A DNA stretch of 64,000 bases. Origin: an uncultured cyanobacterium. Lineage in GTDB: Bacteria; Cyanobacteriota; Cyanobacteriia; PCC-9006; JAAUQQ01. Location of the stretch: NCBI GenBank assembly GCA_963718615.1, contig OY970368.1:224001-288000 (forward strand), in the 5' to 3' direction. A program made the position numbers and the translations under genes. This document shows positions 19,148 to 27,982 of this stretch, piece by piece. Under the pieces are notes generated by a model, which was not told the origin of the DNA, searched no databases, and worked only from the letters and a program-made list of their open reading frames with translations. Positions within the stretch are counted from its first letter, which is position 1, and the number at the start of each line of letters is the position of its first letter.

Positions 19148-20869
19148 ATGGCCACGCTCAACTTCAACACCACCAACGCCACCTTTCGCCAACTCCTCGG
19201 CAATGGGCTCACCTACCATGTCCCCCCCTTCCAGCGCGACTACTCCTGGGGCGAAGACGAATGGGACGACCTCTGGCAGGACATCACTGCTCTATTTGAA
19301 GCAGACGGTGACCCCGCCCACTACATGGGCTACCTAGTCTTACAGTCCTCCGACAGCAAGCATTTTGACATTATCGACGGCCAGCAACGACTCACCACCC
19401 TCAGCATCATGGCGCTGGCGGGCCTGTCCTATCTGAATGACCTCGTGGCCGCCGGACTTGATGCCGATAATAACCGCCGTCGCAAAGAGCAGCTTCAGAA
19501 CAGCTACATTGGCTACGTGGATCCGGTCAGTCTCGTGCCGCGCTCCAAGCTGTCGCTCAACCGCCACAATGACCGTTTCTACCAAACCTACCTAGTGCCC
19601 CTAGAACGCATTCCCCAGCGGGGCCTCAATGCCTCTGAGCACCAACTCCGCAAAGCTTTTAGTTGGTTTAAAGATCCTCTCAAAAGCCGGTTTGGCACAG
19701 AGCCCGACAGCGGTAAAACCTTTGCTGCGTTTCTCGACGCCCTGGTCGATAAGCTATTCTTCACCGTCATAACGGTCACCGACGAACTCAACGCCTTCAA
19801 AGTCTTTGAGACCCTTAATGCCCGAGGGGTGCGCCTCTCCTCCACCGATCTACTCAAAAATTACCTCTTCTCTCTGATCAGCACCGCAGATACCCACGAG
19901 ACCGAAGTTCAGAGCCTGGAAAACCTCTGGGAAAGAATTGTGGGTCTCTTGGGCAGCGAAAGCTTCCCTGAGTTTTTGCGAGTGTTTTGGAACAGTCGCC
20001 ATCGGCTAGTCCGCAAGACCGATTTATTTAAGGCCATTCGCCGCAACATCACCACCCGCGAGGGGGCTTTTACCCTAGTCCGCGATCTTGATTATTGCGC
20101 CGACATTTATGCTGCCCTCCGGGACGCTCAGGACGACCGCTGGAACCCTGATGAGCGTGAAGCCCTCCAGCAGCTAAAGATGTTTGGCGTTCGCCAGCCG
20201 CTATCCATGCTCTTGGCCTGCTACCAACGGTTCTTTTCTGTGGACCGACGCTCGTTTACTCGCATTCTTAGCGCGATCGCCGTGATCTCGCTGCGATACA
20301 ACGTTATCTGTAGCCTGCCCACCCACGAACAGGAGACCCTGTATAACGAAATTGCCTGGAAGGTCTCTGATAGCACCTACACCAGCTACTCCCAGATACG
20401 CGAGGCTCTCCAGCGCGTCTATCCAGACGACCCACAATTCAAAGGAGCCTTTGCTGAAAAAGAGCTACGCACCACCAACAGCCGCAATAAAAAGATCGTG
20501 CGTTACATCCTGTTTGCTCTTGAGAAGCAGCGTTCTGGCCAAGATTTTGACTTTGAAAGCGCCACTTACAACCTAGAGCACATTCTGCCCGAGCATCCCT
20601 CCGAGGATTGGGCTTACATTGAAGAAGCCAAACAAAACCGGCTGATCTATCGTCTGGGTAACATAACGCCCCTCGAAACAGCCCGCAATCGAGATTTAGG
20701 CAACGGTGACTATGCAACCAAGCGAGCTGCCTATCAGCGGAGCGACTTTCAGATGACCCAAGCCGTGGCCGAACGCTACGACACCTGGGATGAACAAAAA
20801 ATTGAGGCTCGGCAGAAACACATGGGCGATGTAGCTGCTAGCATTTGGCGGATTGATTTTGGCGATTAA
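19148..20869 (+). CDS. DUF262 + DUF1524 (HNH) protein, GmrSD/SspE-like nuclease
   Basis: VPPFQRDYSW, IIDGQQRLTT, FETLNARG; LEHILP...LGNITPLE..RN. Confidence 0.88.
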   Translation: MATLNFNTTNATFRQLLGNGLTYHVPPFQRDYSWGEDEWDDLWQDITALFEADGDPAHYMGYLVLQSSDSKHFDIIDGQQRLTTLSIMALAGLSYLNDLVAAGLDADNNRRRKEQLQNSYIGYVDPVSLVPRSKLSLNRHNDRFYQTYLVPLERIPQRGLNASEHQLRKAFSWFKDPLKSRFGTEPDSGKTFAAFLDALVDKLFFTVITVTDELNAFKVFETLNARGVRLSSTDLLKNYLFSLISTADTHETEVQSLENLWERIVGLLGSESFPEFLRVFWNSRHRLVRKTDLFKAIRRNITTREGAFTLVRDLDYCADIYAALRDAQDDRWNPDEREALQQLKMFGVRQPLSMLLACYQRFFSVDRRSFTRILSAIAVISLRYNVICSLPTHEQETLYNEIAWKVSDSTYTSYSQIREALQRVYPDDPQFKGAFAEKELRTTNSRNKKIVRYILFALEKQRSGQDFDFESATYNLEHILPEHPSEDWAYIEEAKQNRLIYRLGNITPLETARNRDLGNGDYATKRAAYQRSDFQMTQAVAERYDTWDEQKIEARQKHMGDVAASIWRIDFGD

Positions 20870-20883
20870 ACCCAATCCTTCGG

Positions 20884-20985
20884 TCACAAGTCACCCAACA
20901 ACACCCGCATCGCCTTCAACGCGGGTCGCTTCTTCCCATTCGTCACCTTGGCAAACCAATAGTGCGCCTCCTCATCAATGGGTAT
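20884..20985 (-). pseudogene. C-terminal fragment of a small defence-island-associated protein
   Basis: Manual translation DEEAHYWFAKVTNGKKRPALKAMRVLLGDL*; upstream sequence turns AT-rich and hits a stop. Confidence 0.45.
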
Positions 20986-21108
20986 CAGTACAAGAATCTT
21001 GTAAAGTCTCACTTGATTCTAGAGTGTAAAATAACACTCAACCTCAGCATCCCCAGGAAATGAAACCAGAGTTCTGGCACACCTGATTGTTAATAACTCT
21101 CTTTTCCG

Positions 21109-21771
21109 TCAACGCTTCAGCGCCAACGTCAGCCCATCGGCAATGGGGACCAGACTCAAGGCCACCCGCTCATCTCCATGGAGCATTTGGTTAAACTCCC
21201 GAATCGCTACCGTGCGGGCGTCTGTATCGCTGGGATCCGCCACGCGCCCAGACCAGAGGACATTATCAATGGCAATTAATCCGCCCGATCGCACCAGTTG
21301 CAAACATTGCTCGTAGTAGCGGGGATAGTTACGTTTATCCGCGTCGATGAAAGCAAAATCAAAGCTCCCGGCCTGTCCTTGCGCCAAAAGCTGGTCGAGG
21401 GTGTCTAGGGCGGAGCCGAGACGGAAGTCTATTTTATGCTCAACCCCCGCAGCGGCCCAGTAGCGCTGGGCGATCGCCGTGGCTTCCGGATCCACATCAC
21501 AGGCAATGACCTGACCCGCTGGGGGCAGCGCCAAGGCTACGGATAAACTGCTATAGCCTGTGTAAACGCCCACCTCGATCGTGCGCTTTGCGCCTAGTAA
21601 CTGCACCAGCAAGGCCATGAACTGCCCCTGCTCCGGGGCGATTTGCATGATGGCTCCTGGCAGGTCTTGGGTTTCGGCCCGGAGTTTTTGCAGGATTTCC
21701 GGTTCGCGTAGGGAGTTGGCTTGGAGGTAGGTGTGGAGTTCGGGGCTGAGGTTGAGGGTTTTGGGGGTCAT
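21109..21771 (-). CDS. O-methyltransferase (Methyltransf_3, CCoAOMT-like)
   Basis: MQIAPEQGQF, EVGVYTGYS, FIDADK, IDNVLWSG, PIADGLTLA; start MTPKTL. Confidence 0.92.
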   Translation of the reverse strand: MTPKTLNLSPELHTYLQANSLREPEILQKLRAETQDLPGAIMQIAPEQGQFMALLVQLLGAKRTIEVGVYTGYSSLSVALALPPAGQVIACDVDPEATAIAQRYWAAAGVEHKIDFRLGSALDTLDQLLAQGQAGSFDFAFIDADKRNYPRYYEQCLQLVRSGGLIAIDNVLWSGRVADPSDTDARTVAIREFNQMLHGDERVALSLVPIADGLTLALKR

Positions 21772-21876
21772 GGGGTATTGGGGTATTGGGGTGGGATTTG
21801 AAGATTGGGGTCTGGGGTTATTTTGGCAGATGGAATTGCGGGGAGAGCTTGCTAAGCTGGAGGGGGGATATGAATC

Positions 21877-22449
21877 ATGGGAGAACTGCGGATGAGTGGG
21901 CGATCGCAACAAGTTAAGACCTGGGTTAGAAGCCTGGGCAAGACCCTGGCTCAGACCCTGACTCAGACTCTGAAATCTGGCTTGATTTTGGGGGTTGTGC
22001 TGCTGCTGCTGACGGGCTGTGGGGCGCGGGGGCCGGAGAGTAAGGTGGTGAAACGGGCGATCGCCATCGAGTTTGAACAAACCCAGCAAGCTTTGAGCCA
22101 GCAACTGCGCACGCCTGTTCCCAAGTTTAAGATTGAACGGGTATCAGTCAAGAACAAAACGCCGTTGCGGCTCGAGGGACTGCAAGGCTTTCGGGTACAG
22201 GGGGAGTATGACGCGAATGTGAAATTTCCGAAGCAACGCTACGAACAGCACCACAATCCCTTTGATGTGTATTTGCAACAGCAGTCGGATGGGGAAACCT
22301 GGCGACTCGCAATTCCTCAGAAGGGCAAGGGGGAGGTCGCGGCTCGGCCTCAATGGACAACCTATCAACTGTTTGAGCCTAAGCCGGAGAAAACAGCGGT
22401 AAAGAAAGTTGAGCCTAAACCGATTCAAACAACAGACCCGGCTGCATAA
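21877..22449 (+). CDS. Hypothetical lipoprotein
   Basis: LLLLTGC lipobox; NPFDVYLQ..G.TWRLA. Confidence 0.75.
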   Translation: MGELRMSGRSQQVKTWVRSLGKTLAQTLTQTLKSGLILGVVLLLLTGCGARGPESKVVKRAIAIEFEQTQQALSQQLRTPVPKFKIERVSVKNKTPLRLEGLQGFRVQGEYDANVKFPKQRYEQHHNPFDVYLQQQSDGETWRLAIPQKGKGEVAARPQWTTYQLFEPKPEKTAVKKVEPKPIQTTDPAA

Positions 22450-22568
22450 GTTTTGGATTCCTAACGTATAGACCTATAGCCTTAGGGCATAGGGCGTTTT
22501 TGGGCCTGGTGGGCGATCGCCGACTGGGCCTTTTTTATCGATTGACGCTGATTCCTGCCCATAAAACT

Positions 22569-22985
22569 ATGACTGGCGAAACCCATTTAGAGACATTATT
22601 GCGATCGATGCAACCAGCGTTACATCCGGGAGAATTCGTATTCTGTACCTTACCCGATGAAGCCCGTGACCTCCGCTGGATTCTGCGCCAATGTGCAGAA
22701 TTTGAGCCCATTGGACAATTTCGGGAGGTGGAGGGCTTGACGGTTATTGTAGAACGCTGGCAGGCAGAGAAAGCCAATTTGCCCTATGGTACTGTGTTCT
22801 CCAGGATTACCCTCACCGTCCATTCGAGTCTGGATGCGGTGGGATTTCTTGCCAAAATCACAACTGAGTTGGCTCGGCATCAGATTAGCGTCAACACGGT
22901 TTCAGCCTATTATCATGACCATTTATTTGTGCCCTGTGGTCGAGCGCAAGACACCCTAAAAGTTCTAAACAGTCTCGCTTTCTGA
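22569..22985 (+). CDS. ACT-domain protein (DUF2241/ACT_7)
   Basis: MTGET.L..LL.SM.P.L, ITLTVHSSLDAVG, YYHDHLFVP. Confidence 0.85.
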   Translation: MTGETHLETLLRSMQPALHPGEFVFCTLPDEARDLRWILRQCAEFEPIGQFREVEGLTVIVERWQAEKANLPYGTVFSRITLTVHSSLDAVGFLAKITTELARHQISVNTVSAYYHDHLFVPCGRAQDTLKVLNSLAF

Positions 22986-23058
22986 CCCGCCATGGACGAG
23001 GGGCGAACTCATGTTCACCCCACAGGTGTTAGACCAACCTAGGCCAACCTAGGCCAAC

Positions 23059-24039
23059 CTAGGCCAACCAGCGGGCCGCATCCTTGGCGTGGTAGGTCAA
23101 AATCAGATCTGCCCCCGCGCGCTTAAAGCTGGTCAATGTTTCAAGTACAACTCTTTCCTCGTCGATCCAGCCGTTCAGCGCCGCTGCTTTCACCATGGCG
23201 TATTCACCCGAAACGTTATAGGCCGCGACTGGCAGTTCCGTGATTTCCTTAATGCGCCAGATGATGTCCATGTAGGACAGCGCCGGTTTGACCATGACAA
23301 AATCGGCCCCTTCTACAATGTCCAGCTCCACTTCCCGGAGCGCTTCGCGGCCATTGCCGGGGTCCATTTGGTAGGTGCGGCGATCGCCAAACTGGGGACT
23401 CGAATCTGCCGCATCCCGGAAAGGACCATAGTAAGCCGATGCATATTTCGCTGAGTAGGCCATAATCGGCGTATCCGTAAATCCGGCCCCATCCAGCCCT
23501 TCACGAATGGCCTCCACAAAGCCATCCATCATCCCCGACGGTGCAATGATATCGGCTCCGGCCTTAGCCTGAGACACGGCAACTTTTTTGAGCAGTTCTA
23601 GGGTGGGATCATTCAAAACCCGGCCCGTCAAATCGCCGGTTTCCAAATAACCACAGTGACCATGGCTGGTATATTCGCAAAGACAGGTATCCGTCACCAC
23701 CACCAAATTCGGCACCGCTTCCTTCACTGCCGTGGTGGCCTTTTGAACAATGCCACAATCATGCCAAGCGCCGGTGGCTTCTAGGTCCTTGCTATCAGGA
23801 ATTCCGAACAAAATCACCGAGGGAATGCCGAGGTCATACACCTCCTTGGCTTCTTCGACGATCTTGTCGATGGAGAGTTGATACACCCCTGGCATCGACT
23901 TCACTTCTTGGGCGACCCCTTCCCCCGGTACCGCAAACAGGGGATAGATAAAGTCGTTGACGGTAATCGTGTTTTCCCGCACCATGCGGCGCAGGGTTTC
24001 GGTTTGGCGCAAACGGCGGGGACGATGGCTAGGAAACAT
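23059..24039 (-). CDS. hemB: Porphobilinogen synthase
   Basis: [44 protein letters not shown]. Confidence 0.98.
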   Translation of the reverse strand: MFPSHRPRRLRQTETLRRMVRENTITVNDFIYPLFAVPGEGVAQEVKSMPGVYQLSIDKIVEEAKEVYDLGIPSVILFGIPDSKDLEATGAWHDCGIVQKATTAVKEAVPNLVVVTDTCLCEYTSHGHCGYLETGDLTGRVLNDPTLELLKKVAVSQAKAGADIIAPSGMMDGFVEAIREGLDGAGFTDTPIMAYSAKYASAYYGPFRDAADSSPQFGDRRTYQMDPGNGREALREVELDIVEGADFVMVKPALSYMDIIWRIKEITELPVAAYNVSGEYAMVKAAALNGWIDEERVVLETLTSFKRAGADLILTYHAKDAARWLA

Positions 24040-24128
24040 GGTGGTTTAGAAGAGCGTTTTGCTATGGCTGTTTTTGTATAGTCTAGAATCCCCGTGTCTC
24101 TCCCTAGCCCATGTTCACGTAACGTTCT

Positions 24129-25007
24129 ATGAATACATCCGTGAAAAAATCCGTGAAGACATCCGTTGCCGAGAATTTGCCCGAGGGCTTTGTCTGGGGT
24201 GCGCGCACCTACCTCATGGGAATTCTCAACGTCACCCCCGATAGCTTTAGCGATGGCGGGCAGTTTCATGAGCGGGAGAAGGCGATCGCCCAGGCCCATC
24301 ACCTCCTCCAAGCCGGAGCCGACATCCTCGATATTGGGGGCCAATCCACGCGCCCCGGTGCTGAGCAAATTTCGCTCCAGGAAGAACTCGATCGCACGAT
24401 TCCGGTCATTCAAGCCATTCGAGCCCAGGTGAGTGAGCAGATTATGATTTCCATCGATACGACGCGGGTGGAGGTTGCACGGGCGGCGATCGCAGCAGGG
24501 GCTAACTGGCTCAACGATATTTCTGGGGGAACATTTGAACCCGAAATGCTCAAACTTCCCGCAGCGCTAGGGGTTCCCCTGATCCTGATGCACATTCGCG
24601 GTACCCCCCAGACGATGCAGTCGCTGACGGACTACGAGGATCTCATGGGCGAAATCACAGACTTTTTCCAAACGCAAGCTCAAGCCGTTCTGGAAGCGGG
24701 TGCTCAACCGGGACAAATCATTCTCGACCCTGGGATTGGCTTTGCGAAAACCTATGAGCAGAACATAGAACTTCTTAGGGAACTGGGGCAACTGCGAGAC
24801 CTAGGCTATCCGCTGCTGGTGGGTCCCTCGCGCAAAAGCTTTATTGGTAAGATTCTCGACCAGCCCGACGCCAAACAGCGAGTTTGGGGAACAGCGGCGG
24901 CTTGCTGTGGGGCGATCGCCACCGGAGCCGATATCCTGCGAGTCCATGATGTGGCTGAGATGCGGGATGTTTGCCGGGTAGCGGATGCCCTTTGGCGATC
25001 GCCCTAG
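24129..25007 (+). CDS. folP: Dihydropteroate synthase
   Basis: MGILNVTPDSFSDGG, DPGIGF, SRKSF, RVHDV. Confidence 0.97.
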   Translation: MNTSVKKSVKTSVAENLPEGFVWGARTYLMGILNVTPDSFSDGGQFHEREKAIAQAHHLLQAGADILDIGGQSTRPGAEQISLQEELDRTIPVIQAIRAQVSEQIMISIDTTRVEVARAAIAAGANWLNDISGGTFEPEMLKLPAALGVPLILMHIRGTPQTMQSLTDYEDLMGEITDFFQTQAQAVLEAGAQPGQIILDPGIGFAKTYEQNIELLRELGQLRDLGYPLLVGPSRKSFIGKILDQPDAKQRVWGTAAACCGAIATGADILRVHDVAEMRDVCRVADALWRSP

Positions 25008-25148
25008 TCAACAGGCTTGGCAGCCTGGGTCACTGCTAGGATGGGAACCACCGCCGCATTCGCTTCGGAGCACCACGAAAAGCTTGCTCTATCCCCTATC
25101 ATGATCATCTACGTCCCAGTGGCCATGTCTTAGGGGTCAGTCTCATTT

Positions 25149-26222
25149 ATGTCTTGGTGGCAAAAACTCAAAACCAACCCCCTCGCCCGCTTCGGTGCCA
25201 CGATTCTGCTGATTCTCTACATCGCGGTAATTTTTGCAGACTTCGTCGCGCCCTATAGCCCCTACGAGTTTCAGCCCAACGGTTCACTGCTGCCGCCCAC
25301 GCCGATTTATTGGAAAAATGCCCAGGGTGACTTTATTGGTCCTCACGTCTATCCCACGATGCAGGGGCCGGTGGACTTGGACACGGGCGATCGCCCCCTC
25401 CTCGTCGATCGCGATCAACCCTCACCCATCCGGCTTTTCCCCAAAAGCAATGCCTACAAACTTTGGGGCCTGATCCCGCTGAATCGGCATTTGTTCGGCA
25501 CGGTAGGACCGGGACGGTTAAATTTACTCGGGACCGATGACCAGGCGCGGGATCAGCTCAGCCGGTTGCTCCATGGGGGGCGAGTGAGTTTGTTTGTGGG
25601 GGTGGTGGGGACGGCGATCGCCTTCCCCCTCGGCATGTTGATCGGCGGCATCGCGGGTTACTTTGGCGGCTGGATTGACGGCACGCTCATGCGTCTGGTG
25701 GAGGTGCTGATGACGATTCCCAGCCTGTACCTATTGGTGGCGCTAGCGGCGATTTTGCCACCGGGGTTGAGCAGTGCCCAGCGGTTTTTGCTGATTGTCT
25801 TGATTACATCGTTTATTAGCTGGTCGGGTCTGGCACGGGTGATTCGAGGGGAGGTGCTGTCGCTCAAGCAACGGACGTTTGTCCAGGCCGCCAAGGCCAT
25901 GGGGGCCAGCAGTTTTTCAATTATTGTGCGCCATATCCTGCCCCAAACCGCGACCTACATCATCATTGCGGCGACGTTGACGATTCCTAGCTTTATTGTC
26001 ACGGAGTCAGTCTTGAGCCTTGTGGGCTTAGGCATTCAGCAGCCGGATCCCTCCTGGGGCAATATGCTCTCCCTGGCGACGAATCCCTCAATTATGGTGC
26101 TCCAGCCCTGGCTGATTTGGCCCCCGGCGGCGTTGATTGTGCTGACGGTTTTAGCCTTTAACCTATTGGGTGATGGTTTGCGGGATGTGCTGGATCCGCG
26201 TAATTCCCAGACTTCTTCCTAG
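25149..26222 (+). CDS. Peptide/nickel ABC transporter permease (OppC/DppC family)
   Basis: LGTD..RD, FVQAAKAMGAS, PSWGNML, FNLLGDGLRD. Confidence 0.92.
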   Translation: MSWWQKLKTNPLARFGATILLILYIAVIFADFVAPYSPYEFQPNGSLLPPTPIYWKNAQGDFIGPHVYPTMQGPVDLDTGDRPLLVDRDQPSPIRLFPKSNAYKLWGLIPLNRHLFGTVGPGRLNLLGTDDQARDQLSRLLHGGRVSLFVGVVGTAIAFPLGMLIGGIAGYFGGWIDGTLMRLVEVLMTIPSLYLLVALAAILPPGLSSAQRFLLIVLITSFISWSGLARVIRGEVLSLKQRTFVQAAKAMGASSFSIIVRHILPQTATYIIIAATLTIPSFIVTESVLSLVGLGIQQPDPSWGNMLSLATNPSIMVLQPWLIWPPAALIVLTVLAFNLLGDGLRDVLDPRNSQTSS

Positions 26223-26247
26223 AGGGAATCAAGGAAGAAGTCTGGGA
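26205..26247. terminator. 16-bp perfect inverted repeat between convergent genes, likely bidirectional terminator
   Basis: TCCCAGACTTCTTCCT-N11-AGGAAGAAGTCTGGGA. Confidence 0.65.
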
Positions 26248-26259
26248 TAGTTTTAATGG

Positions 26260-27900
26260 TTAATAAAGGAGGGGTAAGGTCTCAAACTCGGCGAATTCAG
26301 ACTCCAAATGCCATTGAGTTTGGGCGCGATCGCTCTCTTTCAACAAAACGGCACATCCATCAGATATCGTGGCTGAGCCCGGTGTGTCGTTGTCACAAGC
26401 CGGATCCATCGCTGTAAACTCACCAGACCGCCACAGACTTTTACCTTCTAGAAAGCTATGTTCCAAACTGTTGCGAGCTAATTTTTTGAGATCTTTGTAA
26501 CCCAGACCATATCGACTAGCCGCGAGCAGATACTCATTGCTCAGATCGATGCGGGAGATCCCTTCATCATCAGACGCCAGCGTTATGGGGATTCCCGCTG
26601 CCCAATACTGCCGGAAAGGATGCTCTTCACCCTTCACATCCAAAATCACTTCATTGCTGGTAAGGCAGATTTCAACCAGTACGCCTCGCCGCCGCATCTC
26701 GGCCATGAGCTCCAAAGGATTATCCTCATAAAGCACATCAACCCCATGGCCAATGCGCTGGGCCTGGGCATCTTCTACCGCCTGACGAATATGAAAGCGC
26801 AACTCATGGGGGGGGACTAATCCGAGGGTTAATTCCCCGGCATGGAGCGCGACTTTGATATCAGGATATTGGCTGCGGAGGAACTTCAACATCTCCATCT
26901 GCAAGGTATAGTCCCGAAGGGCGAGGGGATGATCTTCCGGTGCGACTAGATTGAGCCCAACCACATGGGGATCCGCCTTCGCTAACTCAAAGGCATAGAG
27001 CAATTGAGCAAAGACCTCTACAGGACTTTTTGTACGAGTGGTTTGTTGCAGATAGCGAACGGTGACCTGACAACCAGGCTGGGCAGAGGCCGTGCCGCAC
27101 CCTAGGGTTTTAGGCAGTTCACGGTTGAGCTCCGCGAACTCCTGGCTACCTTTGTTGATAAGGGCCATTAAGCCCCGATCGAGCAGTTGTTGTCGCATTT
27201 TCGCGAAGTCACGATTCCAGCCTATGGTTCGGCCCAATTGACGCACTTCGCTGCCTTGGACGGTCAGCATTAATTCTAGATAGAAAATATGCTGAGAAGC
27301 CGCACGGTTCGCAACTTCCGCGACCATGTCATCTTGACGAGAAGGGGAGGATGAAATCGCAGAAAAGCCTGCAAATGCTTCAAAAAATTGATCATGGCCA
27401 GATTGCCCCGCAAAACTGAGGTTGCGGGTAGACCATTGATTGACTAGGGCGTCATAGGTTTCAGTGCGGTTCAATAATTCGGATGCGGGGAAATAGGTGC
27501 TACTCTGACCGCAGGCGCTGGGTTCGACTAAGGTTTTGGCACTGGGATCAACACAGTAGCCATCTTCGGCGGCCCATTTGAGGTAATTCTCCGCATAAAC
27601 GGCACCGCTCAGATGACTGTGGATGTCGCCCCCTTTGGGCATACGCTGGACAAAGGCACGCAGGAGAGAGGGGCGATCGCGGTGTTGTTCAAACCAGTCG
27701 GACACTCGGGATTCCGATCGTTGGGTTGTGCGCTGGGTTGTGCGTTGAGTTGTGCGCTGGGGGGCGGGTGCTTCTTGGGCTGCGACACCTGAAACGAGCA
27801 AGCTAGACGCGAAAAACAATCCCCAAAACAAGGATGATTTTGACGGTAGTAGGTGCATCGATAGACATCCTTGGTTGGGGTAGATACGACTCGGTTCCAT
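26260..27900 (-). CDS. Secreted adenosine deaminase-family amidohydrolase
   Basis: Signal peptide (..VSGVAA/QE), PKGGDIHSH, LHAGE, RIGHG, EICLTSN, SDD; start may be 27858. Confidence 0.85.
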   Translation of the reverse strand: MEPSRIYPNQGCLSMHLLPSKSSLFWGLFFASSLLVSGVAAQEAPAPQRTTQRTTQRTTQRSESRVSDWFEQHRDRPSLLRAFVQRMPKGGDIHSHLSGAVYAENYLKWAAEDGYCVDPSAKTLVEPSACGQSSTYFPASELLNRTETYDALVNQWSTRNLSFAGQSGHDQFFEAFAGFSAISSSPSRQDDMVAEVANRAASQHIFYLELMLTVQGSEVRQLGRTIGWNRDFAKMRQQLLDRGLMALINKGSQEFAELNRELPKTLGCGTASAQPGCQVTVRYLQQTTRTKSPVEVFAQLLYAFELAKADPHVVGLNLVAPEDHPLALRDYTLQMEMLKFLRSQYPDIKVALHAGELTLGLVPPHELRFHIRQAVEDAQAQRIGHGVDVLYEDNPLELMAEMRRRGVLVEICLTSNEVILDVKGEEHPFRQYWAAGIPITLASDDEGISRIDLSNEYLLAASRYGLGYKDLKKLARNSLEHSFLEGKSLWRSGEFTAMDPACDNDTPGSATISDGCAVLLKESDRAQTQWHLESEFAEFETLPLLY

Positions 27901-27982
27901 AGGGATGTATACAACACATAGCCCGATCGCAGCAACGGAGACGACCAGAATCTTTCTGACCCCTTAGCCCGCTGATGGATTC

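Noticed and set aside
21772-22104. N-terminal extension of the O-methyltransferase ORF (and similar extensions of era, petJ, CBS protein, ccmP, map, gltX)
   Set aside because: Extensions overlap other genes or lack family similarity; downstream starts give canonical lengths.
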